Shown: positions 1-9,814 of the stretch, piece by piece | Layout: every line of letters begins with the position of its first letter | Numbering within the stretch: position 1 is the stretch's first letter | The notes under the pieces: generated by a model | The model's input: the letters and a program-made list of their open reading frames with translations, nothing else | Told to the model about the DNA's origin: nothing | Databases searched by the model: none | DNA from: Candidatus Poribacteria bacterium | GTDB lineage: Bacteria; Poribacteria; WGA-4E; WGA-3G | Length of the DNA stretch: 64,000 nucleotides | Direction of reading: 5' to 3' | Assembly (NCBI GenBank): GCA_965197475.1 | Contig: CBDANF010000003.1 | Span: forward strand, 3,712,001 to 3,776,000 | Made by a program: the position numbers and the translations under genes

Positions 1-110
1 TCTGGTGACGACAGTTTAGCGTTCTTATAAGGTTGTTTATCTGGTGAAGCGGATTTAGATTTATTATCAGGTTGTTTGTCTGGTGCAGCGGGTTTTGATT
101 TATCCTTAGA
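1..110. repeat. Degenerate 39-bp tandem repeat (13-aa PDKQPxNKSKxAS units) in the low-complexity tail of the glycosidase
   Basis: TCTGGTG starts at 1, 40 and 79; GGTTGTTT recurs at the same period. Confidence 0.7.
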
Positions 111-1310
111 CGGAGTCCGGGCGGGTTGTGGTCGCTTGACACTCACCACCTGATTCCGAATGATCATCATTGATGAATAACCGCCATCCAAATTGACAGC
201 ATCTGTCGCGCCCCATTTCAGAAAAAGTTTCGCGAGTTTCTGCAACATAACACCGCGTCGCACACCCGGTTTCGCTCCAGTTATTGTGACAAAGAGGAGA
301 GCACCATCTGCTTTTTTACCAACTGCGGTGCGCGGATGCCAAAAACTGTGAAACGCACGATCAAATCCTTCACGTTCATACACTTCTGTTGTAGATGTGA
401 TACCATGCCTTAATAATAAGGGACCGCCGCCGATAATATGCGCAAAACTTGCCCACAAATTACTGTCCCCAACGCGTTCAGGAATAATTGTCTCGCTGAT
501 CTTCACCGAATCGCCACGAGCGATATGTTCCAACAGCAATGCCCGCTTCTTTCCATTTGCTGAAAGAACATAACCATCAGCAGGAATGCGTGAACTTCCC
601 TGTCCATCATAAATGTCCACCACCTCATCGTTTCGGACGGCAACTTCAACGCCATCATGCATCGTCAACGTTACGCTGTGAAAGTAGGGACGGTATAGTA
701 CCAGTTCGTTTCTCAAACGCCCCCGATTGATACCGTCAATTATTAATGCCGTGCCATTTGGCAAGACAAGTTCATGCCGGAGGGCAATTCGATCTATATA
801 CGCCTCAATTTTTCCATTGACGGTTCTAAACCCGATAACCCCGCGTCCCTGCTCTGGTTCGCTTACCCATTCACCATCAATTTTCAGTGCCCCGACCGAC
901 TCTCCGCGAAAAGTGCCTGCCATCTCATAGAACCCGCCATTAATTGCAATAGGTGCTTGGTGTCGTTTCGCAATTGAGGGTAAATGTTCGGTGCCGATAC
1001 CCGCGCTTAGGGCGCGATACGGATGGATATCTACCGCATCTGGCTCTACTGAAAGGATGTTCGTCAACACACCGTCATCCAGTATCTGCCGATGGACAAT
1101 TCCAGGCAACACCTGCTTTGTCTCATCACTTCGCTCAGGATCGGTATAAGATTTGAAATAGTCCGGTATTTTTCCAAACCGCACCTCTCTGCCTACCCAG
1201 ATACCGATACAGATACAGAAAAACGTTAGCAAGCCAATTATTGTCCACGTACGCGGGTAGCGTTTGATAAAACGGATACATCGCCGTCCTAAGTAGATAA
1301 TATCAAACAT
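1..1310 (-). CDS. Phosphodiester glycosidase (NAGPA/DUF2233-like) family protein, membrane-anchored; 3' end runs off the window
   Basis: Manual minus-strand translation from ATG at 1310 gives an N-terminal hydrophobic segment, AINGGFY, HPRTAVG and AVNLDGGYSS motifs. Absent from the ORF track because there is no stop in the window. Confidence 0.8.
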   Translation of the reverse strand, partial: MFDIIYLGRRCIRFIKRYPRTWTIIGLLTFFCICIGIWVGREVRFGKIPDYFKSYTDPERSDETKQVLPGIVHRQILDDGVLTNILSVEPDAVDIHPYRALSAGIGTEHLPSIAKRHQAPIAINGGFYEMAGTFRGESVGALKIDGEWVSEPEQGRGVIGFRTVNGKIEAYIDRIALRHELVLPNGTALIIDGINRGRLRNELVLYRPYFHSVTLTMHDGVEVAVRNDEVVDIYDGQGSSRIPADGYVLSANGKKRALLLEHIARGDSVKISETIIPERVGDSNLWASFAHIIGGGPLLLRHGITSTTEVYEREGFDRAFHSFWHPRTAVGKKADGALLFVTITGAKPGVRRGVMLQKLAKLFLKWGATDAVNLDGGYSSMMIIRNQVVSVKRPQPARTPSKDKSKPAAPDKQPDNKSKSASPDKQPYKNAKLSSP

Positions 1311-1375
1311 TTTCTGTCGTGTGAGAACTTTACTTTGGTCTTGTTTAAGTTCGCGGCACCCGCGACGTTTTTCGT

Positions 1376-2779
1376 TTATATAGGAGTAAGGTTTTCTACC
1401 CGACTTTCCCATTCATCACAGGTCGCGTGGGTTCGCCGTACCGAAGCACCAATATAATTCGTTGGGGCGCGGAGTGCCTCACGTTGCGGTTCCGTTAACT
1501 TATCAAGGAACGGTCGAAAGATCTCATCCTCCCATAATAGTGTTGTCAAAGTTTTTCCAGTTTGACGTACTTGTGCTATCAACTTACGGGTATGATCGTA
1601 GGCATCTGGAAATCCGTAATATGCCATCAATAGATATATCGGTTCTGCAATTGTGTCTTCTGCACTCATCTCAAGGTTGCGTTGCATGTTCTCTATCTTG
1701 ACATCCATTTCATCTAACGCACGCCGCAGTCGATAGATTGAATAATCAAACGCCGTAAATAATTCCGTCAAAAATCGACTGGATGCAGAATTGGTCAGGT
1801 CGCGCTGATGTTCCAAAATGCTATCCATAAAAACGGTCTGCATGCGGGGAACAAACGCTTTCCACAAACTTTTGATGTTCTCATACGCCTCTGGATTAAC
1901 TTTGTGAGGCATCGTGGACGAACCAACAAGTTGCGGGTTATACTTCCTGCCGACCTCAGCGATTTCGGTGCGGTAGAGGTGCCGCATATCATCAGCGAAA
2001 TTCGCAAGCACTGTATATGCCGCTGTGACATGATACGCCACATCGGAGATAAATTCCGGTTCCACACACTGTGTTGACGTGTGCGTATCCGATGGCTTCA
2101 AACCGAGTAGTGCGAGAAAATCTGTCTCAATCTGTTCTGGACTATCATGTATTAGCGATAATCCGTTAAATGCTCCCACCGCACCAGAAAATTGTCCGCG
2201 TAGATTTTGTCCCGCTTCATGAATCTTCTCAATTCGGGTGCCAAGACGACTGATGTAGAGTGCTAACGCATAACCGAACGTTATAGGTTCTGCGTGTTGA
2301 CCGTGCGTCCTACCAATTTGCGGTATCTCTGCATGTTCACGCGCTAAGGCAATCAACTGCTTTTCCAGTTCAACCATGTCCGGAACAATAACGTTTTCGA
2401 TCAGTGCTTTGAATCGCAAGGCTGTTGCAGTATCTAAAATGTCTGCTGAGGTTGCGAACAGATGCACATACGGACGTGCTTCCGGGCTAATTTTGCTCCG
2501 AATCACATTGACAAGTGATCGGATGTTATGTCGAATACGTTTCTGTTCCTCGTATACTTCTTCTGCTGTTACCAGTTCCACTGCTTGTTCGACTTCATCG
2601 GCAATCGCTGATGAACAGACACCATAGTTTGCCAACGTGCGTGTCAACGCTGCCTCCACCTTTGCCTGATAGGTGACATATCCTGCCTCAGAAACATAGG
2701 GCAGGAGACGTTTCATAAAAACATCATCGCCGCCATAATATCTGAAATCTAAGGGACTGATGGCTTCGTAAAGCTGCAT
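1376..2779 (-). CDS. purB: Adenylosuccinate lyase
   Basis: AISPLDFRY, GRTHGQHAEP and GSSTMPHKVNP fumarate-lyase signature; 467 aa. Confidence 0.95.
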   Translation of the reverse strand: MQLYEAISPLDFRYYGGDDVFMKRLLPYVSEAGYVTYQAKVEAALTRTLANYGVCSSAIADEVEQAVELVTAEEVYEEQKRIRHNIRSLVNVIRSKISPEARPYVHLFATSADILDTATALRFKALIENVIVPDMVELEKQLIALAREHAEIPQIGRTHGQHAEPITFGYALALYISRLGTRIEKIHEAGQNLRGQFSGAVGAFNGLSLIHDSPEQIETDFLALLGLKPSDTHTSTQCVEPEFISDVAYHVTAAYTVLANFADDMRHLYRTEIAEVGRKYNPQLVGSSTMPHKVNPEAYENIKSLWKAFVPRMQTVFMDSILEHQRDLTNSASSRFLTELFTAFDYSIYRLRRALDEMDVKIENMQRNLEMSAEDTIAEPIYLLMAYYGFPDAYDHTRKLIAQVRQTGKTLTTLLWEDEIFRPFLDKLTEPQREALRAPTNYIGASVRRTHATCDEWESRVENLTPI

Positions 2780-2806
2780 AGAACACTTTTCTCCAATTTT
2801 TTGGTT

Positions 2807-2905
2807 TATGGTGATTTATAAAAATAAATACTTTCACCACTCGGTAGGCGAGGTTTCCTAACCTCGCCGATGCAGAGTGTATAAAGAATTCTAAAATCTA
2901 CCATA
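2807..2905. mobile_element. MITE-like shell (TATGGT...ACCATA ends) enclosing a GTAG-type REP hairpin at 2844-2868
   Basis: Ends TATGGTGATTT / AAATCTACCATA are imperfect inverted repeats; internal GTAGGCGAGGTTTCCTAACCTCGCC palindrome. Confidence 0.55.
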
Positions 2906-2965
2906 ATTGTATATTAAATGAATGAGAATGTAAAGCGTTTTGTTGGTCGAAGCAACGGTAAACCT

Positions 2966-2994
2966 TTGATAATTCAACAAATTTGTGATATACT
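2966..2994 (+). promoter_or_regulatory. Sigma70-type promoter of the TA operon
   Basis: TTGATA-17 nt-TATACT, ending about 48 bp upstream of the antitoxin ATG. Confidence 0.6.
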
Positions 2995-3041
2995 TTGAAA
3001 CATATTCGCCAGCGGCATACCAATGACAATAGGAGAAAACA

Positions 3042-3338
3042 ATGAGCAAAGAAGTTTCTGCAATTGAACTGCAACAGAAGTTTGTTGAACTCCTTAATGG
3101 GGTTTACCACAACGGAGATCAGTTGATAATCAAAAATGCTAACAAGCCACTTGCTGCGATCGTTCCAATTGAAATCTATGATCGGTTGATTAAACAGCGA
3201 GAAGAAGCCTTTTCTGTGCTGGATAGAATTTGGGAGAAAGTACCAAAAGTGAGTGAAGAAGAAGCTCAAGACGATATAGAACAAGCAATTGATGAGACAC
3301 GCGCGGAGAAAGTATTGAAGAAAAGCGAGTTGTCTTGA
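3042..3338 (+). CDS. Phd/YefM family antitoxin
   Basis: N-terminal VSAIELQQKFVELLNGV...LIIKNANKPLAAIVPI fits the Phd/YefM pattern; immediately upstream of a PIN toxin; AGGAG RBS. Confidence 0.8.
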   Translation: MSKEVSAIELQQKFVELLNGVYHNGDQLIIKNANKPLAAIVPIEIYDRLIKQREEAFSVLDRIWEKVPKVSEEEAQDDIEQAIDETRAEKVLKKSELS

Positions 3339-3339
3339 T

Positions 3340-3762
3340 ATGCGTATCGTACTGGATACAAATCAGCATATCAGTGCGATTATTCAACCTAATGGGCGTC
3401 CAGCTCAAATCTTACGGCTTTGGCGTGCTGGTGTAATTGAACTTGCAATTTCTCCTCTCATATTGGAGGAGTTTGAGATAGTTGTATACCGACCACGTAT
3501 CCAACAAAAATACAACCTATCAGATGAGGATATTGCTGAGTATCTTGAGATGCTACGCGAATTTGCAATCATGGTCTCCGGGTCTATAACCGTTAATGCT
3601 GTACCAGATGATCCAGATGATAATATTATCATTGCTTGTGCATTGGAAGCGAAAGTTGATTTAATTATCAGTGGAGATAACCATTTGCTTGCGCTTGGTT
3701 CATATCAAGGAATTCCAATTGTCAAGGCAGCGGATTTTCTGAGTAATTACATTCCACGGTAG
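3340..3762 (+). CDS. PIN-domain (VapC-like) toxin
   Basis: MRIVLDTN, DDPDDN..IACA and IISGDNHLL PIN motifs. Confidence 0.9.
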   Translation: MRIVLDTNQHISAIIQPNGRPAQILRLWRAGVIELAISPLILEEFEIVVYRPRIQQKYNLSDEDIAEYLEMLREFAIMVSGSITVNAVPDDPDDNIIIACALEAKVDLIISGDNHLLALGSYQGIPIVKAADFLSNYIPR

Positions 3763-3874
3763 AATATGTTCTATAATTCTGGTAAACCTTCTTGGCATTT
3801 GAAAATTGAATCACTGTTACAAATAGAGATATTTTCGAATTTTTTATGCGAAACATTAGCATTGGAGGAATGTA

Positions 3875-4087
3875 ATGCATCAAGATGAATTAGACATTGA
3901 AACCTACAAACAGGGACGGAAACTCTTAAGGATTGCAAATCGTGCTGCTAAAAAAGCACAGGAAGAAAACCGCAAAAAAGGGATTCCTAATGTTTACGAT
4001 ATAAACGGACACCTCTATTATGAATTGCCAAATGGGGAACTCACCAAAGAGGATCCGATGCAGAATGAAGAAAGTACAGATGTTTAA
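3875..4087 (+). CDS. Small hypothetical protein (70 aa)
   Basis: GGAGG RBS; helix followed by RKKGIPNVY..NG.LYYELPNG, a pattern typical of small TA-associated proteins. Confidence 0.65.
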   Translation: MHQDELDIETYKQGRKLLRIANRAAKKAQEENRKKGIPNVYDINGHLYYELPNGELTKEDPMQNEESTDV

Positions 4088-4204
4088 ATTGCATTGATTG
4101 AGCACACCAAGTATCGGGACGCGGGTATGGAGGGATTGTAGTCCAATTCTGAGAATTTTTTATCCTTGAAACGAATTGTACTGTCTTATCAAAAATGCCC
4201 GAAT

Positions 4205-4616
4205 TTAGTTCTCATTTCGTTCACTTCTTTTTTGTTGAATTATAGTGAGAAGTTTTAATGCTTCGGATTCGTTTGGATAGAGCTCCAAAACCCTGTTAAG
4301 ATCAATTTTCGCTTCGTCGAATTTACTTTTTTGACAGTAAAGTTTTGCACGGTTCTTCAGTACTTCAGGATCATCCGAGTTGATTTTTAGAGATTTATTA
4401 AAATCCTTTATTGCCTCATCTAATTTTCCTGCGCTAGCGTAACCTATTCCGCGAAAATTAAATACTGTAGGATCATCTGCATTCAATTTGATAGCTTTGC
4501 TAAAGTCATTCATTGCATTGTCAATGTTGCCTAAATGCCAGTAAACCTTACCTCTCAGTCCTAATCCTTTAGGATTATATGGCTCAATTTTCAGTCCTTG
4601 ACTAAGATCAATTAGT
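4205..4616 (-). pseudogene. 3' fragment of a TPR-repeat protein cut off by the IS
   Basis: TPR motifs (RGKVYWHLGNIDNAMNDFSKAIKLN, RGIGYASAGKLDEAIKDFNKSL) begin at the IS end (4617). An orphan RBS plus ATG AGA TTT ACA lies at 5985-5973 on the other side of the IS. Confidence 0.75.
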
Positions 4617-5972
4617 CTGATATTTCTCAGAATGGTCTTGAACCTAATAATAATCAATAGAAACAAGGTATAGCACCATGAAAATGCGTTTTTGCTGTGT
4701 CCATTTTCCTTGACTTTTATAGCATGAGATAGCATCCTAATTACAGATTTGAATATAAACAAACATTAGGAGGATATCTCATGCTAACTCAGCTTATCAA
4801 ATCTACCACTTTTTTTCAAGAACTTCTATCTTCACAGTTTCGGACCTTGAAACAGCATTTTGTTCATACCTTAGTGTTTTTGTCAACCTGCCATCTGTTT
4901 GGGCTCACTAACCCGGATCAAGTGGCGGATGCGTTGTCTATTCCGAAAACGAGGCTATATCGGGAACTGAACACGATGAGTCTTTATCTCTGGCAGCATC
5001 TTTTTGTGCGTATCGGGTGTTCTATTGCGTTAGAGGTGCTACAGGAGGCAGTATCAAAAAGTGCTGCTTCTCTATCGCGTCTGTGTATCGTCATCAGTGT
5101 GGATGATACCTTTGTTTTCCGCTATGGAGAGGGTCTCGCCTACACATCCAATTGGTGGTCTTCTCAAGCAAAACAGCCGATGAAGGGGCAAAATATATTG
5201 GGGATCGTCCTAAAGATTGGAAATCAGATCATTCCGCTGAATATGCGACTGGTCAGCAAACAAGGACGCGGGAACACGGATAAACCCTCTTGTGTCATCA
5301 CTATGTTCAAGGAAGTGGTGTCCTTCTTTGAAGAGACCGGAATAGATATCCGAAACTATCCGATCACCTTCGATTCGTGGTATGGCAGCCACCACTTGAT
5401 TGACACCTTGCGAGAAATGGGATTTGAAACGATCCTTGTGCACGGAAAAAGCAACTATGTGATGACGATTGATGAAAAAAGGGCGAAACTCTCGGAACAT
5501 AAAAAGTCGATCAAACTCCTCTCCAATCAATGGGGGTGCGATAAACCGGTCTATCGGACTAAAGCCACAAGTCCAACTTTTGGAAAAGTAGTGGTGTTGT
5601 TCTTGGCAGACCGTGGCAAAGTCCGAACAATGCTCGTATTCGGGAAACCACTCCGTGCTTGTGAAATCCTGCGGATATGGTCTCAACACCACGGTATAGA
5701 ACAGTATTGGCGGCATCTAAAAACAGACCTAAACCTCGCATCCATGAGCCTAAAAGGACAGAATGGCGCGTATGTGAACTTAGGTGTGAAAGTGATGAGC
5801 TACCTTTTGATACAGCAGGTCAGTCGCTCCGTGCGAAAAACCTTTCATCAAGAACAACTTGAACTTTCAGGACAGAGGCAGATGCTGTCTGATCTCAGCG
5901 AGCATTTTCATGAACAAATACCAAGAAAACATTGATAAACATTGACATATGAAGAATTTTGATAAATATCAG
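4617..5972 (+). mobile_element. IS701/IS4-superfamily insertion sequence, copy 1 (1356 bp)
   Basis: Terminal IRs CTGATATTTCTCAGAAT / ATTTTGATAAATATCAG; near-identical second copy at 53126-54479 confirms the ends; no TSD. Confidence 0.9.
4781..5935 (+). CDS. DDE transposase (IS701-like), intact
   Basis: VDDT, FDSWY and IEQYWRHLK motifs forming the DDE triad. Confidence 0.85.
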   Translation: MLTQLIKSTTFFQELLSSQFRTLKQHFVHTLVFLSTCHLFGLTNPDQVADALSIPKTRLYRELNTMSLYLWQHLFVRIGCSIALEVLQEAVSKSAASLSRLCIVISVDDTFVFRYGEGLAYTSNWWSSQAKQPMKGQNILGIVLKIGNQIIPLNMRLVSKQGRGNTDKPSCVITMFKEVVSFFEETGIDIRNYPITFDSWYGSHHLIDTLREMGFETILVHGKSNYVMTIDEKRAKLSEHKKSIKLLSNQWGCDKPVYRTKATSPTFGKVVVLFLADRGKVRTMLVFGKPLRACEILRIWSQHHGIEQYWRHLKTDLNLASMSLKGQNGAYVNLGVKVMSYLLIQQVSRSVRKTFHQEQLELSGQRQMLSDLSEHFHEQIPRKH

Positions 5973-6044
5973 ATGTAAATCTCATTTGAATCTCCTTTTT
6001 TCTATGATGGGTTTATGGTTAAATCTAAAACACTGGGACATTCT

Positions 6045-7517
6045 TCATTTTCTGTTTTGCGAGTTATTACGGCGAGATGGTTGTTTTGCTTCAAGGAGAC
6101 GTTCCATCTGTTCCGCAAGTTCAGGGTCCTTTTCTTTAAGCTTCTGCAAGCCTTTATCGGGACCGTATCGTTCAATCATTTCATAAGCGCGGATGGTGCG
6201 TTCCGGGGCAAATTGCGCATCACCGCCGTTGAGGTGTGCCGCGAATTCCTTGGATAGGAAGTTACTGGGGTCAATAGAATCCTCCGCGTTCATGATGCTC
6301 TCCGCCCATTTGAGGAACTCTTCTAACTCTCGCTGTGCGGCAGCGTGTTGTTGTTGAAATTCTGCACGTGTGGCTTCGGAGCGTGCGGCTTTTCGGTTTT
6401 CCTTGTCTGCCAGTTGATTTTCCGATGGATGGCGTTCCTGGGATGGAAGTTCCGGTAGCCAAGGGGTTTCTTCAGCAACCGGTGCAAACGTTTCTTCGTG
6501 TGTCATCTCTCCAATGTCCATTAGCATTTCATCGGATTCAGATATCGGAGAAGGTGTGCGCGAAATCGGTGCATATACGGGGCTGCCTCTTTCAATGGCG
6601 AGTTTATGTGCTTCAACGAGACTGCCGTTTTCTATCGTTTGCTGCTTTCTGTAGTAGAGCCATGCAGTTTTGAGATCGCCGAGTCGTTCGGACGCTAATC
6701 CCAAACTAAAGAAATTAGGTGTAGGGTTGAGACTGTTCGCTTTCTTGAGATGCTGAATTGCCTCATCTGGATGGTCGTAATGTAGTCGATATCCTAATGC
6801 GTTTAGTGCGCCGATATTCTCAGGATCTCTGTTGACGATATCTCGGTATCCTGCAGCCGCTGTTGCGTTATCCGGTTCTGCACTCAACAGCACCATTTGG
6901 GCATCTGGGTTGCCCGAATCTCTGGCGAGGACACGTCTCGCGTAAGTTTCTCTGTCTTTCCAACGTGCCCTTACTTTATAGAGGTAGTCGATAGCACGGC
7001 GAGGTTCCAATTCGTCTAAAATGAGTGGGTTATAAATTTGATATGTTTCAAGGAAGGTGACAGCATCCTCTGGGACCCTATCGCCGACAAGCACATCATA
7101 GTTTCTTTTATATGCTGCCTCAGTTATAACTTTTTCGCCATTTTTTACCTCGTGCATTGTGCCTGCAAGAACCATTTCTTGAAATATCTGGTTAAGGCGC
7201 GTCTGGATATCTGTTGGGAGGAGTGGCGGCGGTGGAATAGCACTTGTGATAGGGGGGATAGGTCCAATATTCTTCAGGGTGGAGTTTTGGCGGGCATTGA
7301 CCTTGGTACGCACGCGTTTGATTTTTGGCGGCGGGGTGTGCGGTGCTGCACCGGGTAGAGGTGGTTTTGCGGCGTTATGGGTGTTTGCATCTACTGCTTC
7401 TTGTGTTGCGTTCTCGGTCAGTCCATCGTAAATAAGCAACCCAATGTAGAGTAGCAGGAGTGCACCGAGCGCGCCAAGTAGAGAAGATTTCCAAAATTCT
7501 TTTATGAATGTCATCAT
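6045..7517 (-). CDS. Membrane-anchored TPR-containing hypothetical protein
   Basis: AGGAGA RBS before ATG 7517; N-terminal TM helix, Pro-rich linker, TPR-like ALNALGYRL..EAIQHLKKA. Confidence 0.75.
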   Translation of the reverse strand: MMTFIKEFWKSSLLGALGALLLLYIGLLIYDGLTENATQEAVDANTHNAAKPPLPGAAPHTPPPKIKRVRTKVNARQNSTLKNIGPIPPITSAIPPPPLLPTDIQTRLNQIFQEMVLAGTMHEVKNGEKVITEAAYKRNYDVLVGDRVPEDAVTFLETYQIYNPLILDELEPRRAIDYLYKVRARWKDRETYARRVLARDSGNPDAQMVLLSAEPDNATAAAGYRDIVNRDPENIGALNALGYRLHYDHPDEAIQHLKKANSLNPTPNFFSLGLASERLGDLKTAWLYYRKQQTIENGSLVEAHKLAIERGSPVYAPISRTPSPISESDEMLMDIGEMTHEETFAPVAEETPWLPELPSQERHPSENQLADKENRKAARSEATRAEFQQQHAAAQRELEEFLKWAESIMNAEDSIDPSNFLSKEFAAHLNGGDAQFAPERTIRAYEMIERYGPDKGLQKLKEKDPELAEQMERLLEAKQPSRRNNSQNRK

Positions 7518-7629
7518 ATCCGTTTCTCCTATATTTCGCTGCATAGCGGTAGCAATGTTGATAACAGTTTTAAACAAGATGATAAAATTCACTACAATTT
7601 AAATCATAATTACGTTTTGTAACGTGCAC

Positions 7630-7658
7630 ATCATACTATAGGTTTCAAAAAATGTCAA
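7630..7658 (-). promoter_or_regulatory. Sigma70 promoter for the 6045-7517 gene
   Basis: Minus strand TTGACA-17 nt-TATGAT. Confidence 0.7.
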
Positions 7659-7879
7659 GTTAAAAATCGCAAATTTTTTGATGTTTTCACCTTCTTGTCA
7701 ATTCAATCATAAACGCGAATTTTGCAACAGCAATTAGTGCTCTTATAGTTTTGAACCTTTGATGGAACGTGTTTCAAATTTCACAGTGATAAAAAAGAGT
7801 GGATATTTTTTAACAGATATGATAAAATACATAATAACGAGTAAATTTGAACATGGGTATCCCAACAAGAGGAAAAGAC

Positions 7880-9793
7880 ATGAAAAGAAATTCTGTTTTA
7901 CGCGGTTGCCATGGATCCGGAGCAAACACACGTAAGGTATTCCGCCGATTTTTGAAATATAATCTATTTTACCTGACGCTCCTTTGCCTTGTGTTTTCGG
8001 CAAAGGCGCAAGAACGTTTTGTTGATGCGGTCGGACCCGTTACGGTTCGTGAGGTGACATCAATCTCCCCCTTGGTTGTGCCGTATATTACGTGGGGTGG
8101 TGAATCTGCGTTGTTCCACGCCAACGGTGGATTGACAACCCAGCCCGGTACAATCATGGAAAAACTTGGGTTGAACCTAAAATTGGTGCCAGGTGACAAT
8201 TTTCAGCAGCAGGTCAAAGACTATCTCTCAGGTAAATCCCCTATCCTACGTGGTACTTTTAGAATGATAGCCCAGGCAAGTGAAGCTGTGGGACGCGATC
8301 CCAACACAAAGCCCGTTGTCTTTGGACAGTTAACTTGGTCAGCAGGCGACCATTTCGTAGGACGTGCTAACATTCGCAAGATTTCCGATCTTAGCGGCAA
8401 AAAGATTGCCATTCAAAAGGGCGGTCCGCACGTTGGGATGCTCTACGATATGTTGAAAACTGCCCGACTCTCAAAAGCAAATGTCCAACTCGTGTGGGTA
8501 GACGAATTAACAGGTGCAAATGGACCGGCAGAACGTTTCCGAAACGACACATCTGTCGCAGGGTGTTTTGTCATTACGCCTGACATGATAGGATTGACAG
8601 GCGGTCCTGATAATACTGGCACAGGGGCAGAAGGCACCGTGAAAGGTGCACACGTCGTCGTTAGCACTGCTACACTCTCCCGTTCAATCGCTGATGTATA
8701 TGCATGCCGAAAGGATTTCTATGATACTTACAAGCCCCTTATTGAGCGATTTTTTGCTGGTTATCTGAAGGGGTCTGAAGAGGTCATTGCCCTTAAAAAA
8801 GTTTATGAAAAAAGTGGATCGACACAATACAATAAGCTGCTAACAACGATGCAGACTATCTACGGAAAAGATGTGCTGCCAACGCTTGAAGAGGATGCAC
8901 ACGGCTTAATTGCAGATTGCACTTTTGTCGGGCAGCCCGGCAATGTCGCCTTTTTCAACGACCCGACTAATACTATTACGGGTTTTGAAGGATTCAATAA
9001 AGCAGGATTGGATATGGCTGTCAATTGGGGATTTGCAAAGCAACGATACGCACTCCTCCCCTCAGACCTGAATTTCAACTCTAACACCTTCAAGAATCTG
9101 CTTGCCACAACTGTAACTGCCTCTACGCAGCTAAAACAGACGCGTTTCAAAAAGGAAACTGTCCGCGCAGAGATTGAATCGTTTAATGAAGACGCAGTGC
9201 TTGATGAGAAAACGCTTATCTCCTTTACTATTCAATTTGATGCGAATCAGGACACGTTTAGTGCTACTCAATATAGTAGTGAATTTGACAGAGTGCTTGA
9301 ACTCGCCGCTAAATATGGTAACGCTGCCATTGCGATAAAGGGTCATAGTGATCCGTCGCGGACACTAAGTGTGCTGGTTAAAACTGCGATCCAAAAAGGA
9401 ATTTTGAAGCGAACTGGTACGCGCGGAAACTACAGATATTTTATGAATGGTAAACCTTTTAGCCTCGAAAATACTGCCGAATTAATTCGTCTTATAGAGC
9501 AGAAGATATTTGACGATGGTAGCGGCGTTGAAAGTCCTTACCAAGTGATGCGTGCTGCGCTCAAGCTATCAGAACAACGTGGTGAAGCGGTTAAACAGGC
9601 AATCATCAATTATGCCCGGCAAAAAAATGCACGTATTGATATTGATCAGATTGTACCGGTCGGTGTCGGCATTAAGGAACCTATTATTCCGAAGCCGACA
9701 AGCCCCGCAGAGGCTGCGGAAAACCGGCGTGTTGAATTTGCACTCATCAAGGTTTCGGCGGAAGCGGTTGCTGCCTCCGATTTCGACTTTTAG
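7880..9793 (+). CDS. ABC-type (NMT1/SsuA-like) substrate-binding domain fused to a C-terminal OmpA-like peptidoglycan-binding domain
   Basis: Signal peptide (..LCLVFSAKAQE); WSAGDH, ISDLSGKKIA and IADVYACR; C-terminal IKGHSD, LSEQRGEAVK and ENRRVEF. Start codon uncertain (7847 or 7880). Confidence 0.8.
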   Translation: MKRNSVLRGCHGSGANTRKVFRRFLKYNLFYLTLLCLVFSAKAQERFVDAVGPVTVREVTSISPLVVPYITWGGESALFHANGGLTTQPGTIMEKLGLNLKLVPGDNFQQQVKDYLSGKSPILRGTFRMIAQASEAVGRDPNTKPVVFGQLTWSAGDHFVGRANIRKISDLSGKKIAIQKGGPHVGMLYDMLKTARLSKANVQLVWVDELTGANGPAERFRNDTSVAGCFVITPDMIGLTGGPDNTGTGAEGTVKGAHVVVSTATLSRSIADVYACRKDFYDTYKPLIERFFAGYLKGSEEVIALKKVYEKSGSTQYNKLLTTMQTIYGKDVLPTLEEDAHGLIADCTFVGQPGNVAFFNDPTNTITGFEGFNKAGLDMAVNWGFAKQRYALLPSDLNFNSNTFKNLLATTVTASTQLKQTRFKKETVRAEIESFNEDAVLDEKTLISFTIQFDANQDTFSATQYSSEFDRVLELAAKYGNAAIAIKGHSDPSRTLSVLVKTAIQKGILKRTGTRGNYRYFMNGKPFSLENTAELIRLIEQKIFDDGSGVESPYQVMRAALKLSEQRGEAVKQAIINYARQKNARIDIDQIVPVGVGIKEPIIPKPTSPAEAAENRRVEFALIKVSAEAVAASDFDF

Positions 9794-9814
9794 CTCGTTA
9801 GATAGGAGCCTCTT

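Noticed and set aside
539-1156. Short plus-strand ORFs here, and similar short antisense or overlapping ORFs throughout the track
   Set aside because: Shadows of longer genes with clear motifs on the opposite strand or in another frame.
4617-4762. N-terminal part of the 185-aa ORF 4205-4762
   Set aside because: It is read from the antisense IS end; only the TPR part is genuine.
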